This document shows positions 6,708 through 18,200 of a stretch of DNA of 59,245 bases, one piece after another (the first letter of the stretch is position 1; every line of letters begins with the position of its first letter). Source of the DNA: a virus. Lineage: Duplodnaviria; Caudoviricetes. Location: positions 1-59,245 of IMG/VR virus record IMGVR_UViG_3300021093_000083. One strand, given 5' to 3'. The position numbers and the translations under genes were made by a program. A model generated the notes under the pieces. It did no database searches. It saw nothing but the letters and a program-made list of their open reading frames with translations, and was not told where the DNA came from.

Positions 6708-7118
6708 ATGGAATACAAATACGAAGTAACTCCAGAAGAATCTAGATCCTTTAAGGACATTAGTTTGTCATTGTCTAGAAATCCTCTTACTGGAGACATA
6801 AATATTTTAAAAGATGATGTGTCAATTAAGAATGCAGTTAAAAACATCATTCTTACTAAACCTGGTGAAAAACTATATGAACCTTTTTTTGGGTCTAAAG
6901 TAACTGATTTATTATTTGAACCTCTTGATTTTATAATTTTAGATGAAATTAGAACTGAAATATTCCGAGTCCTAATTTTATATGAACCAAGAATAGAAAT
7001 TGAAATAGTTACTTTAACAGAAACCGAACAAGATTATCAACTTGATTGTACAATACAATTCAAAATTGTAGGTGAATTAGAAACAAAAGAACTTTCGTTT
7101 TTATTAGAGCCACGATAA
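6708..7118 (+). CDS. gp25: Baseplate wedge subunit gp25
   Basis: FKDISLS..RNPLTGDI; IKNAVKNIILTKPGEKLYEPFFGS; YEPRI motifs; directly upstream of gp6. Confidence 0.93.
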   Translation: MEYKYEVTPEESRSFKDISLSLSRNPLTGDINILKDDVSIKNAVKNIILTKPGEKLYEPFFGSKVTDLLFEPLDFIILDEIRTEIFRVLILYEPRIEIEIVTLTETEQDYQLDCTIQFKIVGELETKELSFLLEPR

Positions 7119-9197
7119 ATGCCATCAAATCTAACTACATTAGATTTCTACGAAATAAGGGAATCTATAAAGTCATACCTAAAAACAAGACAGGAATTTA
7201 CAGACTACAATTTTGAAGGTTCCACTTTATCTTACTTAATTGATGTATTAGCGTACAATACTCAATACTCAGCTTTCTATGGAAATTTAGCTGCTAATGA
7301 ACTATTCCTAGAAACTGCTACAGTCAGAGACAATATAATTAAAATTGCTAAACTATTAAATTATACACCAAGATCAGTTCAAGCTTCTGTAATTAGAGTT
7401 AGTATAGCGTTTCAAACACTGAAAGGTCCCGATGGAGATTATCCATCTACAATAACGTTAAAGAAGGGCCCTGTTTTATCATCTTCTCTTCAAAATCAAA
7501 CTGGTTTTATTTTTAATGCCTTAAATAATATTACAACAACTGTAAACCAAACTAATGGTAGAGGTCAGTTTGTTGGGATCCTTCTATATGAAGGAACAAT
7601 ATTAAATTATTCTTATAATGTAGATTCTAATCAAAGTCAAAAATTTGTAATTCCAAACTCTAATGTTGATACTAGAACTTTATCGGTAATTGTTAGACCA
7701 AGTTCTCAGTCTACTCAAAGAGATAGATATAGAATGGCAGATTCTCTGACCTCTGTTGGTTCAAACCAAAAAATATTTTTCCTGCAAGAAGTTGAGGACA
7801 CTAGATATGAAGTATTTTTTGGTGATGGTAAATCTGGAAGAAAATTAATTGATGGAGAAATAATTGACCTAGAATATCTAATTACCAGTGGTGAAGAAGC
7901 TAATGGATGTCAAAAAGTAACATTTTTAGGTACTGTTGTTGATTCTTATGATAGACAAGTTCAACAATCACCAATATTAAAAGTTTTAAATAGAGCTCAA
8001 AATGGTTCTAAAAGGGAAAGCATTGAATCTATTAAATTTAATGCTCCAAAATTTTATGCCACTCAGTCAAGAGCTGTAACATCAAAGGATTATGAAACTT
8101 TAACTAGGATAGTATATCCACAGACTGAAATTATAAATGTAATTGGTGGTGAAAATTTAAAACCCCCCCAGTACGGAAAAGTTTTTGTAACTATTCAAAA
8201 TAAAAACAAAACATTATTGAATGCTTTAACTAAGAGAAGAATAGTTAAAGATTTAAAAAAATATTCAGTAGCTTCTATTGAAATTGTAGTTTTAGATGCT
8301 AGAAGATATTATGTTGATCCTAAAATTACAATTAGATTTAATTCTGCAGTTAGTACAAAAAATCAACAACAAATTTATAATTCAGTAACTAATTCACTTA
8401 AATCATATGCTACCCAAAATTTCAATAAATTTGGTGGAACTTTAAGTTATAGTAAAATAGTTAAATTTATTGATGATTCTGATCCTGCTATAACTTCAAC
8501 AAATTTATTGATTAGACTTAGACAACATATTATTGCTGATAGAGGTAAAGATAAAACTTATTGTTTTGATTTTGGAGTTCCACTAAGAGACCCTCTAGAT
8601 TGCCTTTCACCAAACTTAAGATCTAGATCATTTATTATAACTGGATTTCCACAAATCTTACAATTAGACGATGATAACAGAGGAAATATTAGACTTTTCT
8701 ATATTCAAAATGGAGTTAAAGTTTTTGTTAATGAAAAAATTGGGTTTATTGATTATAAAACTGGCAAACTCTGCATTGGTCCAATAAATATAAATAACCC
8801 ATCAGAAATTCCAATTTCTGTCATACCAAAAGATCCAACTGTGACTTTTCCATATGATTCTATTCCTGAAATAGGATTCCCCAATGTAATTGATATTTTT
8901 GATTCAGGCCTTGGCGGGGCTACAGATTCTAATTCTGATTGGACTCCTCCACCTCTCTTAGGAGACCTTGGATCAGGCGGTGCCGGTGGCGACGGGGGTG
9001 CAGGAGCAGGTACTGGCGCTGGTGCTGGTAGTGGAGGAACCTCAGATGGTTCTGGCGGTCCTGGAGGGTCTAATACAGGTTCAGATGACACAGGAGGTGG
9101 AACCAATCCAAATGATATTATCCCAGATTCATTCTTTGATAATCCTATATCATACGAAGACTTTACTGGATCACCTCAAGATAATTGTTTTAGTTAA
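7119..9197 (+). CDS. gp6: Baseplate wedge subunit gp6 with Gly-rich C-terminal extension
   Basis: LDFYEIRESIKSYL..FTDYNFEGSTLSYLIDVLAYNT; FGDG; ESIESIKFNAP..QSRAVTSKDYE; PPQYGKVF. Confidence 0.93.
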   Translation: MPSNLTTLDFYEIRESIKSYLKTRQEFTDYNFEGSTLSYLIDVLAYNTQYSAFYGNLAANELFLETATVRDNIIKIAKLLNYTPRSVQASVIRVSIAFQTLKGPDGDYPSTITLKKGPVLSSSLQNQTGFIFNALNNITTTVNQTNGRGQFVGILLYEGTILNYSYNVDSNQSQKFVIPNSNVDTRTLSVIVRPSSQSTQRDRYRMADSLTSVGSNQKIFFLQEVEDTRYEVFFGDGKSGRKLIDGEIIDLEYLITSGEEANGCQKVTFLGTVVDSYDRQVQQSPILKVLNRAQNGSKRESIESIKFNAPKFYATQSRAVTSKDYETLTRIVYPQTEIINVIGGENLKPPQYGKVFVTIQNKNKTLLNALTKRRIVKDLKKYSVASIEIVVLDARRYYVDPKITIRFNSAVSTKNQQQIYNSVTNSLKSYATQNFNKFGGTLSYSKIVKFIDDSDPAITSTNLLIRLRQHIIADRGKDKTYCFDFGVPLRDPLDCLSPNLRSRSFIITGFPQILQLDDDNRGNIRLFYIQNGVKVFVNEKIGFIDYKTGKLCIGPININNPSEIPISVIPKDPTVTFPYDSIPEIGFPNVIDIFDSGLGGATDSNSDWTPPPLLGDLGSGGAGGDGGAGAGTGAGAGSGGTSDGSGGPGGSNTGSDDTGGGTNPNDIIPDSFFDNPISYEDFTGSPQDNCFS

Positions 9198-9222
9198 TAA
9201 CGTATAAAATCTTAAAAAGGAT

Positions 9223-12200
9223 ATGGAAGAAAAACTTGTAACTTCATCTAATGTTGAATCTCTACTGCCAGATTTTATAAGAGAAGATTCTCCACAATTT
9301 ACAAACTTACTCAAGTATTACTACGAAAGTCTTGAGAGATCTTCGTATCCATTAGATGTCATTTATAATTTAACAAATTATTATGACTTAGATTCTTATA
9401 CTCCAGATAAGTTAATTTCTAAAACTACATTAATTAAAAATACAGAAAAAATTGATAGCGAGCTCGTAGTAAGTTCTACTAGAGGATTTCCAGAAGAAAA
9501 AGGTTCTATTCTAATTCAGAATGAAATCGTTCTTTATGATTATAGAACTCTTTCTCCACAAATTAAATTTATACCAAACATTACTCCAGAAAGAGTAAAG
9601 TCGAGATTTGTCGTCCTTGATGAAATTACAGATCAGTTCGATGGACAGCAAACTATCTTTGATCTAAAACTATTAGGCAAAAAAGTATTTGTTCCCACAT
9701 CTAATCATATTTTAATTAATTTAGGAGATAGTTATTTAACTCCTGGTGTTGATTATGTAACTAATAATGAAGATAATAGTGTTCCAGTTGGATCTGTGCA
9801 ATTCTTAACAGCTCCAGACGAATCAACATCAAATATTGCAAATTTATGCATCATAGAATTTTTACAAGGATATGTAACTGAAACTTCAAAAATTCTAGAT
9901 ACAGTAACTACAACTTCTCCCAAAAAAGTATTTGATTTAAAGTTTGAAGGATCTCCATATCAACCAATTGCAGATGGATATTTATTGGTGTTTAAAAATG
10001 GAAATCTTCTAAGTTTAAATAGTGAATATTCATTAACAGATACTAGAATTATTTTTAAGAATAATATTGTACCTTCAGACAATATTTTCTTCCTATCAAT
10101 TGAATCTCAAGTACCAAGAATAGGAACTGGAGCATCAGCTTATTCTATCATTGATCACAATGGACAATTAGATTCCATTGTTGTAGAAAATAATGGAAGT
10201 GGGTATGAGTATGATGAAACTCCAAAAGTAGAAATTTATGCTGAAACTGGAGATCTAGCAACAGCATATCCATTAATCAATGGAATTAGAAAAGTTTTAG
10301 TAGTAGAACCTGGATATGGTTATGATAAAGATAATCCTCCATCTCTTTCTTTCAATTTAACTAATGTAGGTAATATTAAAACATCTGTTACTGTAAAAAA
10401 TGAATCCGTTACAAAAGTAACAGTACTTAACTCTGGGTTTAACATAGATACTGAACCAAAAGTTACAGTCGTTGATCCAAAAATGCCTGTATTTGGAACT
10501 ATTATTATTGAAGAAACTGGCAATACAGGAACTGGATATACGATTACTGGAGTTGAAATTTTAGATGGTGGATTTGGACTAACAAATGGACCTAAACTAT
10601 ATGTTGATGCACCACCATTTGGCGAAGATAAAAAAGTTAATAGACCGCAAACTGCAACTATTGTTCCAATAATAGAAAATGGTCAAGTTGTTGATGTTGA
10701 TATTATTAATGGTGGTTTAGGATTTGATCCCGAAAATCCTCCAAGAGTTAAATCTATTAATTATAGAACTGCAGAAGTTTTAGATGTAAAAGTTACAGAT
10801 GGATCTATAACTGAAATTTCTTTACTCTCTGGTGGCCATGGGTATTTAGAAACCCCTACTGTATACATTGTAGATAACAGATATGATGCTGAGGGTGTAT
10901 ACATTGGTGGAATTGGTGCAAAAGCAAGAGCAATTTTATTTAATAATTCAATTACTGACATTATTATTGAGGACTTTGGTTCTGGATATTCAGATTCGAA
11001 TCCACCGTCTGTTTATATTTCATCACCAAAAAATGCTCAAGTAGTAGCTGAAATTGGAAAGGGACAAATAACTGGATTTGAAGTTGTAGAAAGAGGTTTT
11101 GGATACTTAAAAGCGTCTTTCATTAATTGTTCCAGAGGAACTTCTGGACTTAAAGGATTTGATAAAAATGAAAATACCATTTATGTAAATACTCTCCCAG
11201 AATGTCATCCTGCAGGAACGACAGTATATAATCAAAATTCAGAATATTTAAAGTACTTCCTAAGAAGAATAAAGAGTCAATTTCTTCCAGAATTTCCCGA
11301 TATTGATTTTGAACAGTATGATATTAGAAATTTAATCAAAAAGATTAAAAATTTCTATTCTATAAAAGGAACTAAATCTTCTATTGAATCATTCTTTCAA
11401 ACTATATTTGATGATGCTGTAGATATATCATACCCCAAAGATCAAATTGTAAGATCTTCAGATGCATTATGGTCTATAGATACTATAATGAGAGTGGAGC
11501 TTTTAAAGGGGAATATTGAAGATATACTGGGAAATATCATAATACAAAATGCTAGTGATGTAGATCCTGAAGTAATATATTCATCTTCTATTGTTGATGC
11601 ATATTCCATCCTACAAACATCGAAAAAAACTTTATATGAACTAGTTTTAGACACAAATTCATATGAAGGTGAGTTTAAAGTATCTTATACAACGAAACTT
11701 TCGGAAAGTATTGATAGACTCGATACAACTATTACGGTTGATTCTACTGTTGGTTGGCCAGAGACTAATGGATACTTTTATATCAGTAATGAACTGGTAA
11801 CTTATAAATCTAAGAGTTTAAATCAATTTTTTGAATGTACTAGAGCTGCAAATGGTGTATCTAGATTTGCATCTGGTGGAAGTAAAGTATCTACTAATTT
11901 TTATATTTACTATAATCAGGGACAACCTGATGAAGTAGTAATGAAAATTCTTGGAATTTCAAAAACAGAATCTACTGTTGTTGATAATCCAGCCAGTAAC
12001 TATTTGGAAGGTGATGTCCTTAGTCTTTCGGATCTCGGTACTGATGTTATTACAAACGTTCCTGGTAAAAACTTTCCACTCGTTAACAGTTGGATTTTTA
12101 ATGTTAAAAAAATTCAAGATGTTGTTTTAATTCAAGTAAAACAAAAAGCAGGAAAATATGTAGGTGAAGTTCTTTTAGACAAGAATCATAATTTAATAAG

Positions 12201-15200
12201 AGGTCAGAGTATTGAAATTTTTGGAGCTTCTCCAGCAATATATAATGGATCATTTACAGTGGAAAATCTTTCTTCAACTAATGCAAAAACTTTCGACTAT
12301 AATTTAAATATTACAGAAGATCAGTTTAATTCTTTAATATCTACATTTCCATCAGCTGTAGGTGATATTTACTTATCAATTCCACTAGAAAAAGGAAAGT
12401 CCGATTTTAGACCTATCGAAAGAATTATTTCAGAATCAACCGCTGATGTTCAAAATTGTTATTTAACGGATGATTATGTCTACGTTGCATCATCTGGAGT
12501 ACCATCTTATCCCATTGGATTGACCGGCGGGGAAAGGGGATTTTTGGGTAATTCATTGCTTCCAGGTAATCAAAGATATCTGAAAAAATTTCCAAAGCAA
12601 ACTCAAGTTGTATCTGAAAAAAAAGTAACAGAATATGGTCAGTTGGGGTTATTCTTAAATGGTGTTCCTCTTTACAATTATAAATCAGATAAAAAGATTA
12701 AATTTGGTAGTATATCACGAATAAATGTTTTAAATTCTGGTAGTGATTATGATGTTGAATTTGATCCTGAGATTAATGTTTATAAAACAATTCAAACAAT
12801 CACAGGTTTACAACAAATTAAAAATCCAGAGGGAGTATCTTTAAAACCAATAGTTAATGGTAGTCTCAGAGAAATTGTAGTTTTGAATGGTGGATCTGGA
12901 TATACTGAACCTCCAATCTTAACAGTATCTGGCGGGGGTGGAACTGGCGCGTTTGCTACAGCTGTTTTATCTGGAGGAAGAATTTCTAGAGTTGTTGTAG
13001 ACTCTCCTGGATCTGGTTATTTCCTAAAACCAGTAATCAACATTGTAGGTGGTGGTGCAGGATCTGGTGCTGTTTTAGATGCTGTAGTTAGAGGTCCAAT
13101 TAGTTCAATCAGGATTGATAATCCTGGACAAGGATTTCAAGAAAATCCAGATATTGAAATTACTACTGGATCTGGTGGTAGAGCTCAAGCTATCATTCTT
13201 AATGGAAAAGTTAGAAGTATTGGCGTTCTATCTGTAGGATCAAATTATACTACACCACCCTTGGTAGTAATTACAGACAAGAAGGGAAAAAATGCTTCAG
13301 CAAAAGCAATAATTTATACTTCGGGTGTTAATAAAGGATCAATAGAAAGAATTGAAGTATTGAATGGAGGATCTGGATATAATAAAGATACCGTAAAGGT
13401 AGAAATCATATCTATTGGTAATGGTGCTTCATTTAGTTCGGAAATTTTTGAATGGACATTTAATATCAATACTCAACTAGAAGGTAAATTTGATCCTAAG
13501 GATGGATATGTTTTTATTGGAAAAAATAATCAATTTGGTTCTGAGTATGCTCATACAAAAAATCCAAGATTTTTAAGATATCTATTGGGAGATAGTGTTT
13601 TATATAATGAAGTATTAAATACTATAACTGAACTTCCAATACAACAAGTAACCAGACACTCTCCTATTATTGGATGGGCATTTGATGGAAATCCTATTTA
13701 TGGTCCATATGGATTTGCAAATCCAGCGACAAACCCAGGAACAAATACAAATTTTATCCCAATGAAGAGTGGATGGAAGTTAAAAAATGATAGATTAAAT
13801 GGACCATCTACCACTACATATCCATTAGGTTCTTTTGTGGAAGATTATGAATATAGTTTAACTACTGGAGTAACTTTAGATAGATATAATGGAAGGTTCT
13901 GCAAAACTCCAGAGTTTCCAGAAGGAGTTTATGCATACTTTGTAACTATTACTGGTACAGTAAGTTCTATTGCAGAATTTCCATATGTAGTAGGAAATGA
14001 ATTTTATTCTGTACCAGATCAATTCAATTTCCAAGCAAATGCACTACAATCTAATTTACCGAAGGACGTAATTAGATATAGAACTCCATATGAATCTACA
14101 GATATTGATGTAGTTAGAAAATCTTCTGATATCAATTCTTCTCTATCAACAGAAGACAATTCATTTAATTTCATATTAGAAGATTCTCAAATTATTACTG
14201 GATATGACCAAGATGGAAATCCAATTTATACTACTTTAGAAGGTTATGATATTAATGATGATACTTTCATCACTGATGACGAATTAAATCCTATTGAATT
14301 TATTGAAGAGTCTGATATTGAAATTTATAATTATTTCCCAACTACAGAGGGAGACGCTAAAGTTGATATTAGAATTTCTAATGTAAATAAATTTGAAACT
14401 TCTATTTTAGAAGGATTTACCATTGAAAATGGAGGTCGAAACTTTAAGGTTAACGATACTCTGATTTTTGATACTAGTGAAAGTGGTGGTAATTTACCAT
14501 CAGCTAAAGTTTCATCAGTTACTGGAGAAAATGTTAGCGAACTAACTTTTGTATTTGAAGGTAAAAAACCATATGCTAAGTTAACAACAACTACTGATCA
14601 TGGATTAACATATAATGATAAATTTAAAGTTGAAACTCAACCAGAAGCTGAAAGTCAGATACAATATCAACCAAATTCATATAAAGTCAAAGTAGTCAAT
14701 GGTATTGAAAGAATAGATGTAATTAGTTTTGGTGCTGATTATGATCCAGAAACTCAAATTAACTATAGATTCTTCAACAGAGTTCTAGATAATATTAAAG
14801 ATGTTGAATTGAATTCAATTGTTGATGTTGGTGGATCTCTCAAATTTATAGAAGTTAAAAATTCTGGATCTATGGGTCTTGATGTTTCTGAAGTAAAACT
14901 TTCTCTTGATCCTCCAACTAATGTAACAAGAACTGTTTTTTATAACAAGAAAATTAAAAATGATAGAACGGCTGAATTAGAATTGCCAGCTGGATCACTG
15001 GAGAATCTTGAAAAGGATCAAATTATTTCAAATGATATAGTATTAGATACTAATGAAATACAGTCAGTAACATCTGCAAATATCAGTGGAAATAATTATA
15101 AAGTTACAATTACAACAGTAGATAGTAATTTAATTACATCTGGTAAAAAAGTTTTAGTATCGGGATTTAATAATTATACATCTTTAAATGGACTTAAAAC

Positions 15201-18200
15201 GGTAACTGATACAACTGGAAATTCATTTAGTTATACAGTAACTCAAGCTGGACTGCCATCAACTATTGAGGTAGTTTCAAAAGACTGGGATCAGATTTCA
15301 TCATCTCAGAGTGGAGCTCATACATTAGCTATCAAACAAGATAAATCTCTCTGGGCTTGGGGTCAAAATAGTTTTGGTCAATTGGGAACTGGAAACAGAA
15401 CCAGAAGAAAAGTTCCATTCAAGGTTAGTTCTAGTCAGTGGATTGCAATTTCTGCTAATGGTAACAAATCACTTGCTATTAAGTATGTTGACAACAACTC
15501 CTATGGAACTCTTTGGGCTTGGGGCCAGAATAGCTTTGGCGAACTAGGAATTAATTCTACAGATCCATATAAAACATCTCCAGTCCAAATTGGAACATCA
15601 AACTGGAAAAAAGTATCATCAGGCGTTAATCATGCTCTTGCTATTATGTCTGATGGAACTCTTTGGGCTTGGGGTAGAAATAGTTTCGGTCAATTAGGAA
15701 TTGGATCAACAACAGATTATTCATATCCAGTTCAAGTTAGCACAGACACTAATTGGACAGAAGTTCATGCAGGTTCTTCTATTAGTGCAGCAATTAATTC
15801 TTCTGGTAAACTATTTGTTTGGGGAGATTCTAGAAATAGTTGCCTTGGATTAGGTAAAATTGCTTCTATCAGGATTTTGAATCCTGGTAGGTCTGGAACA
15901 TTTACTGCAGAGTCAACTGTTAATTTTGAATTATCTGGTGCTAGTGGTAAAGTAGTATCTTGGAACCCAACAACTAGATTATTAATTCTTAAAAACTTTA
16001 CATATACAAATGTTCCAACTAGAGATGAAAAACTCTATATTGGATCTGATGTATCAACAAGTGTAAATTATGGAAGATTGAGATCTATTGTAATTCATGA
16101 GTTAGATGATTTTGGTTCTTCTTTAGAATTTATACTAACTCAAGGCACTGGAGTATTTTCAACTGGAGAAACGATAACTTCATCTAGAGGAGTTACAGCT
16201 ACAGTGGTTTCTTATGATTCCTCAACGAAAAAAATGAAAATCTCCAATAGGTCTGGAGAGTTTATTAGAAATGATATTGTAACAGGAAATAGTTCTGGTG
16301 CAAAACAAACATTTAATCGTTATACACCTCAATCTGGAACTAGAATTCTAGTTCCAACTCTTATCAATGATTCGACATGGACAAAGGCATCATCTTCTAA
16401 TAGATCTACGTTTGCTATTAAGGACAATGGAACTCTTTGGTCTTGGGGAGATAACTTCTTTGGCAATCTTGGAACGGGGGATTTATTTGACAGAAACATT
16501 CCAACTCAGATAGGAACTTCTACCACTTGGTCAGATGTTTCAGCTGGATCATATCACGTTTTAGGTATTAATGATTCGGATCTGTATGCTTGGGGCAGGG
16601 CGTCCAGTTATGAATTAGGAAACGGATCTTTAGATACTAAGTTAGCTCCAGTAGAAATAACAGGAATTACTGATATTGGAATAATAGAAGCTGGAAACTC
16701 TTCTAGTTTTATCATTAAAGATATGAGTGGAACTGATGCTCCGTTATTAGTATTTGGTAATGCAACTCAAGGCAGATTGGGAAATAATAAGATTAAGGGT
16801 CTTGTATCTACTCCAACTGAGATTCAGTCAATTTCTGTAATTTTAAACCCAGAATCTACAATTGTAGAGAGTTCAATCTTTGCAATTAACAGTACTAACA
16901 GTATTGTTGAGGTATCTAATATTGTAAATTCTTCAGGTCAATATCCAAACAATAGTGAGTATCTTGATGATGATATTATTGAAGTTGTTAAGGATAATGA
17001 TGAATTAATAATTGATCAAAAAATTACTCAAGTTTTAACAAATAATGTACTTCCATTCTCATCTTCAATAAGATTAAATAATTTAAATAATGTAGAAATT
17101 GGAAAATTAATTAGAGTTGTTTCGGAAGAAAAATCTTTTAATGCAACTGTTAAAGATATCAATTCTGTATTGACTCTGACTGAAGTTCCGAGTTCAACTG
17201 AAATTTATGCTGGTAATAAAATTACTTTCCCAGTTAACAATAACGCCACACCGCCGGTGGCCGTAGTAAGAGAATTTCTGGTAACTGGCGTTTCTAAGAA
17301 AGGATCTGTGACACTATCAATTTCACAGTATACTGGAAATGATACTAATATTGTTACAGCTACTGTTTCTTCTACAGCTGGAATTTCTGTTGGCGATGAA
17401 CTTTATATTTTTGGATCAACAGCAGATACAAATCTGAATGGAACTTGGAACATTATTGCAGTACCAAATTCAACAACATTTAAATTTGGAATCACTTCTC
17501 CATTAGCAACTGGATCATATTTAAGTGGACTTGGAACTGCTATTAAATCAATATCTGGAACAACGACACTAAATGTTTCTCTTGATATGCCTGTAAGTGA
17601 ATATCAAAATACTTCAACAATCAATGGAAATCTTGATGCACAGGTTGCAGTAACTATTCCATCATATTCTCTATTTGATGAAGACATGATTGTTGTTTCT
17701 GATATTGATTCTCAGTCAAATTCAATTTTTGTAAGAACATTAATCACTGGTAAATCCAAAACTACATCTAATCCAATATCTTTGAGTGATGTATCTATTA
17801 GTATGTACAGTGTAACTTTAGAGGGGGATCAAAATGAATATGATTTTGGAAACTATAACAGCACATTTTTTGTTGAAAATACTTTCTCAAATCAACAGTC
17901 TGTAAAATACATTGCATCAAATACATCAACACCTATTAATGGATTAACATCAGGCAATATCTATTACATTAAGAATGTTACAAGATATAGTTTTTCTCTA
18001 TCTGCAGAAGTTGATGATGTAGAGACTATAACAGTTACTACAATTCCATCAACCTCAATTCATAGATTTAGATCTGTTATTAGAAGAAAAATTCAAAATT
18101 CTTCTTATGCTCAAAATAAAATTAATTATACCACAACATCTATTGATAAAAATGAAAATCTATATGCCTTTGGTTCAACATTTGATTCTCAGGGAACAAA

